NCBI GenBank assembly: GCA_944377165.1
Contig: CALWEJ010000002.1
Coordinates: 2,912-66,911, forward strand
DNA: 64,000 bases
Reading direction: 5' to 3'
From: an uncultured Clostridia bacterium
Lineage (GTDB): Bacteria > Bacillota > Clostridia > Christensenellales > UBA1242
In this document: positions 1-7,490 of the stretch, piece by piece
Position numbering within the stretch: the stretch's first letter is position 1
How the letters are laid out: each line of letters begins with the position of its first letter
The notes under the pieces: model-generated
What the model was told of the DNA's origin: nothing
Seen by the model: the letters and a program-made list of their open reading frames with translations, nothing else
The model's database searches: none
Made by a program: the position numbers and the translations under genes

Positions 1-2
1 TT

Positions 3-452
3 GATAATTTCAACAAGGATCTAACTTCTATGTATTTAGGATCAAGATTGAATGTAAAATGTGTTCAGGATGATTTAAACAAAGAAGATTTTAATATTTC
101 ATATGATCCTATAAGAATTTTTATACAACAGAATAGTAGGAATCATGATATGGAAGATATTGCAAGTAAAAGTAGAATGACTTTTATCCAAATGTTATGC
201 TATATTGAATTTTTTAAATATATTAAAAATAATTTTGAAGGGTTGTGTTTAATCCCATTTATTGTCTTAGACGGTGTAAGTACACAGTTTGATGACCATT
301 TTGAAGAAATTTATGATTATTTTTGTAATGTAAGTAAAAAAATTGGACTCCAAACATTTACTTTTTCTTTTAAAAAGAAAAACAATATTGATAATTGTAC
401 ATATATTGATATTTCTGCAGGATTTAATCCATTCTTTAATCTGAATAGATAA
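3..452 (+). CDS. 3' part of a hypothetical protein whose start lies left of the window (cargo of older element W); possible ABC/SMC-like ATPase tail
   Basis: The frame of ORF 30..452 stays open back to nt 3 (DNFNKDLTS precedes the first Met). LCLIPFIVLDGVSTQFDD resembles a hydrophobic strand ending in D (Walker B-like) plus a D-loop; this is weak. Stop at 450-452, hairpin terminator at 523-562. Confidence 0.45.
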   Translation, partial: DNFNKDLTSMYLGSRLNVKCVQDDLNKEDFNISYDPIRIFIQQNSRNHDMEDIASKSRMTFIQMLCYIEFFKYIKNNFEGLCLIPFIVLDGVSTQFDDHFEEIYDYFCNVSKKIGLQTFTFSFKKKNNIDNCTYIDISAGFNPFFNLNR

Positions 453-470
453 ATGTTTTTTAACAAAGCT

Positions 471-604
471 TGACACCTACTGACACCTACGGGAGCAGTT
501 TTAGGTAGTTTTTGAGAGTTTTAGACCGAAAGTTGAGATTTTCAATTTTCGGTCTTTTTTTATACAAAAAGTTGACACCTACGAAGCCCCAAAATGACAC
601 CTAT
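471..604 (+). repeat. Four direct copies of TGACACCTAY (471-480, 481-490, 573-582, 595-604); W-type arm or iteron words
   Basis: Read directly. The first pair is followed by TTTTAGGTAGTTTTTGAGAG, which parallels TTTTAGGTGGTTTTTGAGGG at 18199-18218 of element X. Both blocks lie about 200 nt from a tRNA-Thr 3' end. Confidence 0.6.
523..562 (+). terminator. Rho-independent terminator
   Basis: AGACCGAAAGTTGAGATTTTCAATTTTCGGTCT hairpin followed by a T7 run, downstream of the stop at 452. Confidence 0.7.
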
Positions 605-696
605 TGCATTTTTGGAAAAGGATAGTGCTCTCTAAAATTGAAAAGAAAAAATCGCTAAATCCCTTTATTTATAAGGCTTTTAGCGATTTTGTTTTA

Positions 697-742
697 TGGA
701 GCTAATGACGGGACTTGAACCCGTGACCTCCGCCTTACCAAG
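697..742 (-). pseudogene. Orphan 3' half of a tRNA-Thr(GGU) gene (anticodon loop to CCA)
   Basis: revcomp = CTTGGTAAGGCGGAGGTCACGGGTTCAAGTCCCGTCATTAGCTCCA. It has the 3' anticodon stem GGCGG, T arm ACGGG/TTCAAGT/CCCGT, acceptor strand CATTAGC and CCA. It complements the 5' halves at 18514..18552 and 18614..18652. Confidence 0.85.
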
Positions 743-778
743 TATTGAATTTCACCTAAATAGGACTTGAACTCAAAG

Positions 779-811
779 CACAGGAAACCCTTATATTTCC
801 TGTGTTTTTTC
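779..811 (+). terminator. Hairpin plus T-run just inside the left end of element X
   Basis: CACAGGAAA(779-787)...TTTCCTGTG(796-804) followed by T6. It may insulate element genes from read-through. Confidence 0.4.
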
Positions 812-830
812 TTACTCCCAAAACTCTCAA

Positions 831-957
831 TTGTTGTCAATTTTCAAAAATCTGACAACAGTTGACAACAAAAGCCCCATTTTAACCCACCAAAACAACC
901 AATTTTTCCACCTAAAATCATCTAAACTCGCCTAAAACCGAACATCAAGTGTTGTCA
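831..957. repeat. X-type words TTGTTGTCA/TGACAACA (831-839 inverted, 853-860, 862-870, 951-957 inverted) plus inverted GATTTTAGGTGG (908-919)
   Basis: Read directly. The same words recur at the other end of the element (18180-18302). Confidence 0.6.
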
Positions 958-1008
958 GGAAGAAATTTAAATTATTTTTGCAAATTAGCAACAGAAATTT
1001 AATTAGTA

Positions 1009-1017
1009 TGTTATAAT
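1009..1017 (+). promoter_or_regulatory. Extended -10 (TGtTATAAT) upstream of ORF 1044
   Basis: TG at 1009-1010 and TATAAT at 1012-1017. The RBS AAGGAG precedes the ATG at 1044. Confidence 0.5.
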
Positions 1018-1043
1018 AAAAACAAATATAAGGAGATTTATTA

Positions 1044-2114
1044 ATGAATATCGAAAAAGTCAACAAAACTATCGAATTATATAAAGTTTATTTAGCAAAG
1101 CAAAATCAATCCAAAAATGATTTTATTGATAGAAAGGAAAGGATTGCTTATTATCAAAAGTTTAATAAAGAATGTCTTTTAAAATTAAGCGAAGATGACT
1201 TCGTTGAGTTTATTGGCAAATTATGGGCATCGGCTATGTATGGAAGTAAGAAATATTTAGCTGATCAAATGATTTCTAGCAATAAGGGATTTGACAATTT
1301 AAAATCCATGCTTGCAGAATTTATATATGGAAAGCAAGATTTATCTGTTAGGTGGGATAAATTTTTAAAAGAAGCAAAATTTTTTGGACCGTCATATATG
1401 AGCGAAATATTGGGATATGTGTATCCTAATGAATGTGCTCTTGCAAATAATCAAGTTATTAAAGCCCTTGATTATCTTGAAATGCCAAAAGTTCCACACT
1501 ATAATTATCAATTTACCGGCAAAAAATATTTAGAAATTTGTGATGTTGTTAAACAATTATCAATAAAATTAAAAAATGCAGGAGTAGAATGTGAAAATTT
1601 ACTAGCAGTAGATTATTATTTGTGGGAAGTGACAAGATTAACAAATGATAGTGTTGTTATTGAGAATAGCGAAGAAATCAAACCTGTTACAAATAAAGAT
1701 CAAGAATTTATACATAAAGAAATTATAGATAAAATAGTTGAAATTGGCAGTTTGCTTGGCTTTGATGCAAAGTCTGAGGTTAGAGTTGGAAAGGGTGCAG
1801 TTGTGGATGCTGTATGGAGTATCAACATTGGAAACATGGGACAAATAATGTATGTTTTTGAAGTCCAAACAAAAGGAAGTGTTGATAGCCTACTACTGAA
1901 TTTGCAAAAGGCCAACAACAATAAATCTGTTCAGGCGATAGTTGCAGTTTCTGATGAAACTCAATTAGTAAAAATTAAAAATGAGAGTGAAGAGGTTAAT
2001 AATTTGCGAGATTTAAAATTATGGGACTATAAAGATGTTTTAAAAGTTTATGATTCTTTAAATAACGCAATGAGTTCAATAAATAAATTAGGACTAGTTC
2101 CAAAAGGATTTTAA
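1044..2114 (+). CDS. Hypothetical protein with a C-terminal PD-(D/E)xK-like motif, first gene of the Type I R-M operon
   Basis: RBS AAGGAG. The stop lies 11 nt before hsdM. The C-terminus has GAVVDAVW...YVFEVQTKGS (a D...E-x-K pattern). Confidence 0.6.
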   Translation: MNIEKVNKTIELYKVYLAKQNQSKNDFIDRKERIAYYQKFNKECLLKLSEDDFVEFIGKLWASAMYGSKKYLADQMISSNKGFDNLKSMLAEFIYGKQDLSVRWDKFLKEAKFFGPSYMSEILGYVYPNECALANNQVIKALDYLEMPKVPHYNYQFTGKKYLEICDVVKQLSIKLKNAGVECENLLAVDYYLWEVTRLTNDSVVIENSEEIKPVTNKDQEFIHKEIIDKIVEIGSLLGFDAKSEVRVGKGAVVDAVWSINIGNMGQIMYVFEVQTKGSVDSLLLNLQKANNNKSVQAIVAVSDETQLVKIKNESEEVNNLRDLKLWDYKDVLKVYDSLNNAMSSINKLGLVPKGF

Positions 2115-2125
2115 GGAGAAAACAA

Positions 2126-3625
2126 ATGATTACAGGACAATTAAAAAATAAAATAGATGCAATATGGGATACATTCTTTGCTTCAGGTATTACTACTCCT
2201 CTTACAGTAGTTGAGCAAATCACATATTTATTATTCATCAAACTTTTAGATGACAACCAATTAAAAAAGGAAGCAACTGCTAGCATATTTAAAACTGAGG
2301 TAAAAAACCCTGTATTTAAAGATGGCAATTGGAAAAACCCTGAAACTGAAAAAGAAGTTCCATATAAAAATCTTCGTTGGAGTGTTTTCAAGAATTTAGA
2401 TACTCGTGAAATGTTTAACTTAATGAGAAACGATGTATTTGTATTTATTAAAAACATAAACACAGGTAAAGATTCTTCATATAGCAAATTTATGCAAAAT
2501 GCAATCTTTATGATTCCAAACGAAAGAACCCTTGCGAGAGTTGTTGAGGGCATTAACGGACTTGATTTGAACGATAAAGATGCTATGGGAGATGTTTATG
2601 AATATATCCTTGGCAAAATGGCAAGTTCAGGAATAAACGGACAGTTTAGAACACCAAGACACATTATAAGAATGATGGTTGAATTGATGCAACCTACATT
2701 AAAAGATGTTATTTGCGACCCAGCAATGGGTTCTGCAGGCTTTATTGTAGAAAGTGCAAAATATGTCAGCGAACACTACGAAAATGAATTATTAAAACAA
2801 GAAAATCAAGAAAAATATGCAAATAGTATGTTTTATGGCTTTGATACTGATCAAACAATGCTTCGTATTGGTGCAATGAACATGATGCTTCACGGTGTTG
2901 AAAATCCAAACATTGAACAAAGAGATTCTCTTTCAGAAGATAATACCGACAAAGATAAATACACAATGGTTTTAGCAAACCCACCATTTGCTGGAAGCCT
3001 TGAATATGCCGATGTTTCAAAAGATATTCTTGCTCTTACAAGAACAAAAAAGACTGAAATTCTATTCTTAAGTTTGTTTACTAGAATATTAAAAATCGGT
3101 GGAAGATGTGCTTCCATTGTTCCTGATGGAATTACAAACAATACTAACGATTCAGCGTATACAACAATCAGAAAGGAATTGGTAGAAAACCAAAAATTAG
3201 AGGCTGTGATATCAATGCCAAGTGGCGTATTCCAACCTTATGCTGGAGTTTCTACTGCTATTCTTATCTTCACAAAAACAAATGCTGGTGGGACTGATAA
3301 AGTTTGGTTTTACAATATGAAAGCAGATGGTTATCAACTTTCAAAGAAAAGAACTCCAATAAAAGAAAATGATATTCCTGATATCATAAATCGTTTTAGA
3401 AATCTAGAAGCTGAAGAATCAAGAACAAGAAAAGATCAATCGTTCTTTGTTTCAAAGGAAGATATTGTTAAAAATAATTATGTCTTAAACATCAATGATT
3501 TTATGGAAACTGAGAAAAAAGAAATCGAGATAGAATCTCCTCAGGAAATCATGAAAGACATTGACAAATTAGATGAAGAACTAGCAACTCTTAAACAAGA
3601 ATTAAAAGATTTGTTGGGAGTGTAA
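2126..3625 (+). CDS. hsdM: Type I restriction-modification system methyltransferase subunit M (N6-adenine)
   Basis: Has the HsdM N-terminal pattern (LFIKLLDD), SAM motif DPAMGSAGF and catalytic NPPF (VLANPPFAGS). Followed by hsdS after 3 nt. Confidence 0.9.
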   Translation: MITGQLKNKIDAIWDTFFASGITTPLTVVEQITYLLFIKLLDDNQLKKEATASIFKTEVKNPVFKDGNWKNPETEKEVPYKNLRWSVFKNLDTREMFNLMRNDVFVFIKNINTGKDSSYSKFMQNAIFMIPNERTLARVVEGINGLDLNDKDAMGDVYEYILGKMASSGINGQFRTPRHIIRMMVELMQPTLKDVICDPAMGSAGFIVESAKYVSEHYENELLKQENQEKYANSMFYGFDTDQTMLRIGAMNMMLHGVENPNIEQRDSLSEDNTDKDKYTMVLANPPFAGSLEYADVSKDILALTRTKKTEILFLSLFTRILKIGGRCASIVPDGITNNTNDSAYTTIRKELVENQKLEAVISMPSGVFQPYAGVSTAILIFTKTNAGGTDKVWFYNMKADGYQLSKKRTPIKENDIPDIINRFRNLEAEESRTRKDQSFFVSKEDIVKNNYVLNINDFMETEKKEIEIESPQEIMKDIDKLDEELATLKQELKDLLGV

Positions 3626-3628
3626 AAA

Positions 3629-4732
3629 ATGAAGATAAAATTAGGCGAAGCACTAAGGTATGAGCAACCAACAAAATACATAGTTGCTTCAGAGAAATAT
3701 AATGATTCGTATGCTACTCCTGTTTTAACGGCAGGCAAATCGTTTATCCTTGGTTATACAAATGAAGAATCAGGAATTTATGATAATCTACCTGTTATCA
3801 TATTTGATGATTTCACTACGGACATCAAATATGTAGATTTTCCGTTTAAAGTAAAATCTTCGGCAATGAAGATGTTGCAACCAGCAAATGAGAATTATAA
3901 TCTTAAATTCTTTTACTATTTAATAAAATATATGAATTTTCAACCAACGAGTCATCAACGACATTGGATATCAAAATTTGCTGAAATGGAATTTGATATA
4001 CCTGAAAGAGTAAAACAAGATCAAATCGTTGAGAAATTAGATAAATTGGTTGAAATGCAGTCAAAAAAGACTACTCAACTAAAAAAATATGACGATCTAG
4101 TCAAATCACAATTTATCGAGATGTTTGGAGATTTGAAAAACAATTCTAAAAACTTTGAATTAGCTACTATAAAAGATTATTTTCGTGTAGGCTCTAGCAA
4201 AAGGGTGTTTGAGAAAGATTGGACAAAATCAGGTGTTCCCTTTTATAGAGCTAGAGAAGTTGTTAAGTTATCTGAAAATGGCTTTGTAGATAATGAATTG
4301 TTTATATCCGAAAAAATGTATCAGGAGTATTCTATGAAGTATGGAAAACCTTGTGCTGACGATATAATTGTCACCGCAGTTGGAACTCTTGGTAAAACTT
4401 ACATTGTTAAACCGAACGATAAATTTTACTATAAAGACGGAAATATAATTCTTCTTCATAAGATAAATGATATATCATCTATTTATGTAAATTATCTTTA
4501 CCAGACCGATTTTATAAAAGATCAAATAATTAAAACTGCTAATGTAATTACAGTAGGAACATATACAATAAAAAATGCTCAAAACACACAAATAATAGTC
4601 CCACCAATTGAGTTGCAAAATCAATTTGCCGACTTCGTCAAACTCATCGATAAATTAAAATTTACTCTAAAAGAAGAGATAAAAAAACTACAAGAATGTT
4701 ATAATTCACTTATGAAAGAGTATTTTGAGTGA
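3629..4732 (+). CDS. hsdS: Type I R-M specificity subunit S (two TRDs)
   Basis: Two variable halves are separated by the conserved central SQFIEMFG and end in PPIELQNQFADFVKLIDKLK. Immediately downstream of hsdM. Confidence 0.85.
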   Translation: MKIKLGEALRYEQPTKYIVASEKYNDSYATPVLTAGKSFILGYTNEESGIYDNLPVIIFDDFTTDIKYVDFPFKVKSSAMKMLQPANENYNLKFFYYLIKYMNFQPTSHQRHWISKFAEMEFDIPERVKQDQIVEKLDKLVEMQSKKTTQLKKYDDLVKSQFIEMFGDLKNNSKNFELATIKDYFRVGSSKRVFEKDWTKSGVPFYRAREVVKLSENGFVDNELFISEKMYQEYSMKYGKPCADDIIVTAVGTLGKTYIVKPNDKFYYKDGNIILLHKINDISSIYVNYLYQTDFIKDQIIKTANVITVGTYTIKNAQNTQIIVPPIELQNQFADFVKLIDKLKFTLKEEIKKLQECYNSLMKEYFE

Positions 4733-4795
4733 GAAATCTAGAAAAATTAACAAAAAAATGCGATAATATTCTCATTTAAAAGGAGAAATATTATC

Positions 4796-5785
4796 ATGAA
4801 AGAAGAACTAATGACAAATATCGAGCAAGAAATGATGTCTGTGCTTGATAATGCACAAATGGAACAATTAAAAAGAGTGTTAAAACATTGTTTTTATAAT
4901 GTAAAAGTCACTTTTGAAGAACAAGACATCGAAAAAGAGTTAAACAACAACAAATTATTGGGCAGTTTTTTATCATCCAAGCATATTGAGGGTTGTTCAG
5001 CAAAATCATTAAAATATTACCGCTCAACAATAGAAAATATGTATAAAAGTGTTAAAAAACATGTAAAACACATTACAACTGACGATTTACGAGAATATTT
5101 AGACATTTATCAGAAGAAAAATAATGCAAGTAAAGTCACAATTGACAATGTTAGGCGCATATTTTCAAGTTATTTTGCTTGGCTTGAGGATGAAGATTAC
5201 ATTATTAAGAGTCCTGTTAGAAGAATCCATAAAGTTAAAACAGGTAAATCAGTAAAAGAAACTTATACCGATGAAATGCTTGAAATAATGCGTGATAGCT
5301 GTGAAAACATACGAGATTTAGCCATGATTGACCTGTTAGCATCAACAGGAATGCGTGTTGGAGAGTTGGTTACACTTGATATTACCGACATTGATTTTGA
5401 CAATAGAGAGTGTGTTGTTTTTGGCAAAGGCGACAAAGAAAGACGAGTTTACTTTGATGCAAGGACAAAAATACATCTTTCAAACTACATAAAAAGCCGA
5501 AAAGATGATAATCAGGCACTATTTGTTACTCTTCTCGCCCCTCACCAACGCTTAAAAATAAGCGGAGTTGAGATAAGATTGCGTGAATTAGGTAGAAAAC
5601 TAAATATTCCAAAAGTTCACCCACATAAATTCAGAAGAACACTCGCTACAAGGGCAATTGACAAAGGAATGCCAATAGAACAAGTCCAAAAATTGCTTGG
5701 TCATACAAAAATTGACACTACTTTGCAGTATGCAATGGTTGATGAAGCCAATGTTAAGCTTGCTCACAAGAAATATATTTGTTAG
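4796..5785 (+). CDS. Tyrosine recombinase (Xer/shufflon-type) embedded in the hsdS cluster
   Basis: Has ASTGMRVGEL (catalytic R), HPHKFRRTLAT (HxxR) and LLGHTKIDTTLQY (H...Y). RBS AAAGGAG. Confidence 0.85.
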   Translation: MKEELMTNIEQEMMSVLDNAQMEQLKRVLKHCFYNVKVTFEEQDIEKELNNNKLLGSFLSSKHIEGCSAKSLKYYRSTIENMYKSVKKHVKHITTDDLREYLDIYQKKNNASKVTIDNVRRIFSSYFAWLEDEDYIIKSPVRRIHKVKTGKSVKETYTDEMLEIMRDSCENIRDLAMIDLLASTGMRVGELVTLDITDIDFDNRECVVFGKGDKERRVYFDARTKIHLSNYIKSRKDDNQALFVTLLAPHQRLKISGVEIRLRELGRKLNIPKVHPHKFRRTLATRAIDKGMPIEQVQKLLGHTKIDTTLQYAMVDEANVKLAHKKYIC

Positions 5786-6354
5786 GTTTCAAATCACAAT
5801 TTATCGAGATGTTTGGGAATGTTTTTACTCAAAAAGCGGTACATACACTTGGAGATTATATTTCAGATAAAACTGATAAAGTAAAAAAAGATTATTTACA
5901 TGAAAATATTAAATATGTTGATATATCTTCAATAGATAATACTCAAAATGAAATTACTTCTTATACAACATACAAAACACAAGATAGACCATCAAGAGCT
6001 CAACAAATAGTTGAAGATGGAGATATTGTTATTTCAACAGTAAGGCCCAACTTAAACAACGTTGCAATGATAAAAGACGATTTTGAAAATATTGTAGCAT
6101 CAACAGGATTTTGTGTTTTAAAAAAGAATATGCAAGTAAATGAATATTTTATTTTTACGTTAGTAAAAGATTCTAGATTTGCTGATTATTTATCAAAATT
6201 AACAACGGGTGCTAGTTATCCAGCAGTTTCAAATAAATCTGTACTTAATTTTAAGATAGATATGCCACCAATCGAGCTCCAAAACAAGTTTGCTGAAATT
6301 GTTAAACACATCGATAAATTAAAATATAATGATGAGTTTATGGAGGTGGCATAA
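5779..6354 (+). pseudogene. Promoterless half-hsdS cassette (central repeat, one TRD, distal repeat)
   Basis: Begins at the conserved SQFIEMFG block exactly at the recombinase stop, with only a TTG in frame and no RBS. Residues 5-180 are identical to the C-terminal half of hsdS 6354..7490. Confidence 0.6.
5794..6325 (+). repeat. 532-bp perfect direct repeat, copy 1 (hsdS TRD cassette)
   Basis: By visual comparison, base-for-base identical to 6870..7401 (offset 1076 bp). The first mismatch is at 6326 vs 7402. Confidence 0.8.
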
Positions 6355-7490
6355 TGGAAATAAAGAACTTAAATGAAGTCTGTATGATCAATATGGGACA
6401 ATCTCCTGACTCTTCTAGTTATAATGACAAAAAAGAGGGTTTAGCGTTCTATCAAGGTAATGCGGATTTCGGAGAAATACATCCAACAACAAGAGTTTGG
6501 TGCAATAATCCAATAAAAATTGCAGAAAAAGATGATATTTTGATATCGGTTCGTGCTCCAATTGGTTCTATGAACATTGCAAACGAAAAATGTTGCATAG
6601 GTCGAGGGCTTGCTTCTATTAAACCAATAGATAAAAATGAATGCAATCAAAATTATTTGTATTATTTTCTAGAAAGTAAAGTCCCTTATATGCAAAGTAA
6701 AGGAACAGGTTCAACATTTAAGGCTATTAACAAAGGAATCTTGACTTCACTACAAATAAAATTGCCAAATATTAGAGAACAAGAAAAAATTTCATCAATA
6801 ATTTCTAAAATCAAAGCACAAATTCATAATAAAAAACTACAAATTAGAAAATATGATGAGCTCGTCAAGTCACAATTTATCGAGATGTTTGGGAATGTTT
6901 TTACTCAAAAAGCGGTACATACACTTGGAGATTATATTTCAGATAAAACTGATAAAGTAAAAAAAGATTATTTACATGAAAATATTAAATATGTTGATAT
7001 ATCTTCAATAGATAATACTCAAAATGAAATTACTTCTTATACAACATACAAAACACAAGATAGACCATCAAGAGCTCAACAAATAGTTGAAGATGGAGAT
7101 ATTGTTATTTCAACAGTAAGGCCCAACTTAAACAACGTTGCAATGATAAAAGACGATTTTGAAAATATTGTAGCATCAACAGGATTTTGTGTTTTAAAAA
7201 AGAATATGCAAGTAAATGAATATTTTATTTTTACGTTAGTAAAAGATTCTAGATTTGCTGATTATTTATCAAAATTAACAACGGGTGCTAGTTATCCAGC
7301 AGTTTCAAATAAATCTGTACTTAATTTTAAGATAGATATGCCACCAATCGAGCTCCAAAACAAGTTTGCTGAAATTGTTAAACACATCGATAAATTAAAA
7401 TTTCGTGAAACTATAACAAAATTAAAAAATCTATGTTATAATATTTTTAATATTATACAATCCAAAAACTTAAGTGAGGTAAAAAAATGA
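6354..7490 (+). CDS. hsdS: Type I R-M specificity subunit S, second full copy
   Basis: Has an N-terminal TRD, central KSQFIEMFG, a second TRD and distal IDKLK. RBS GGAGGTGG. The stop overlaps the hsdR start (ATGA). Confidence 0.85.
   Translation: MEIKNLNEVCMINMGQSPDSSSYNDKKEGLAFYQGNADFGEIHPTTRVWCNNPIKIAEKDDILISVRAPIGSMNIANEKCCIGRGLASIKPIDKNECNQNYLYYFLESKVPYMQSKGTGSTFKAINKGILTSLQIKLPNIREQEKISSIISKIKAQIHNKKLQIRKYDELVKSQFIEMFGNVFTQKAVHTLGDYISDKTDKVKKDYLHENIKYVDISSIDNTQNEITSYTTYKTQDRPSRAQQIVEDGDIVISTVRPNLNNVAMIKDDFENIVASTGFCVLKKNMQVNEYFIFTLVKDSRFADYLSKLTTGASYPAVSNKSVLNFKIDMPPIELQNKFAEIVKHIDKLKFRETITKLKNLCYNIFNIIQSKNLSEVKK
6870..7401 (+). repeat. 532-bp perfect direct repeat, copy 2
   Basis: Identical to 5794..6325. 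Confidence 0.8.

Noticed and set aside
764-773. GGACTTGAAC just inside element X, identical to the T-arm segment of the adjacent tRNA half (712-721)
   Set aside because: It is only 10 nt with no further tRNA-like context. It may be a relic of an older att site, but that cannot be supported.
4112-4662. 10-bp inverted match between the hsdS central block (AATTTATCGA) and the distal block (TCGATAAATT), flanking each second TRD
   Set aside because: It is short, AT-rich and partly self-palindromic (TCGA). Inverting a single TRD would not give a sensible coding sequence. It is probably a by-product of the conserved QFIE and IDKL coding blocks.
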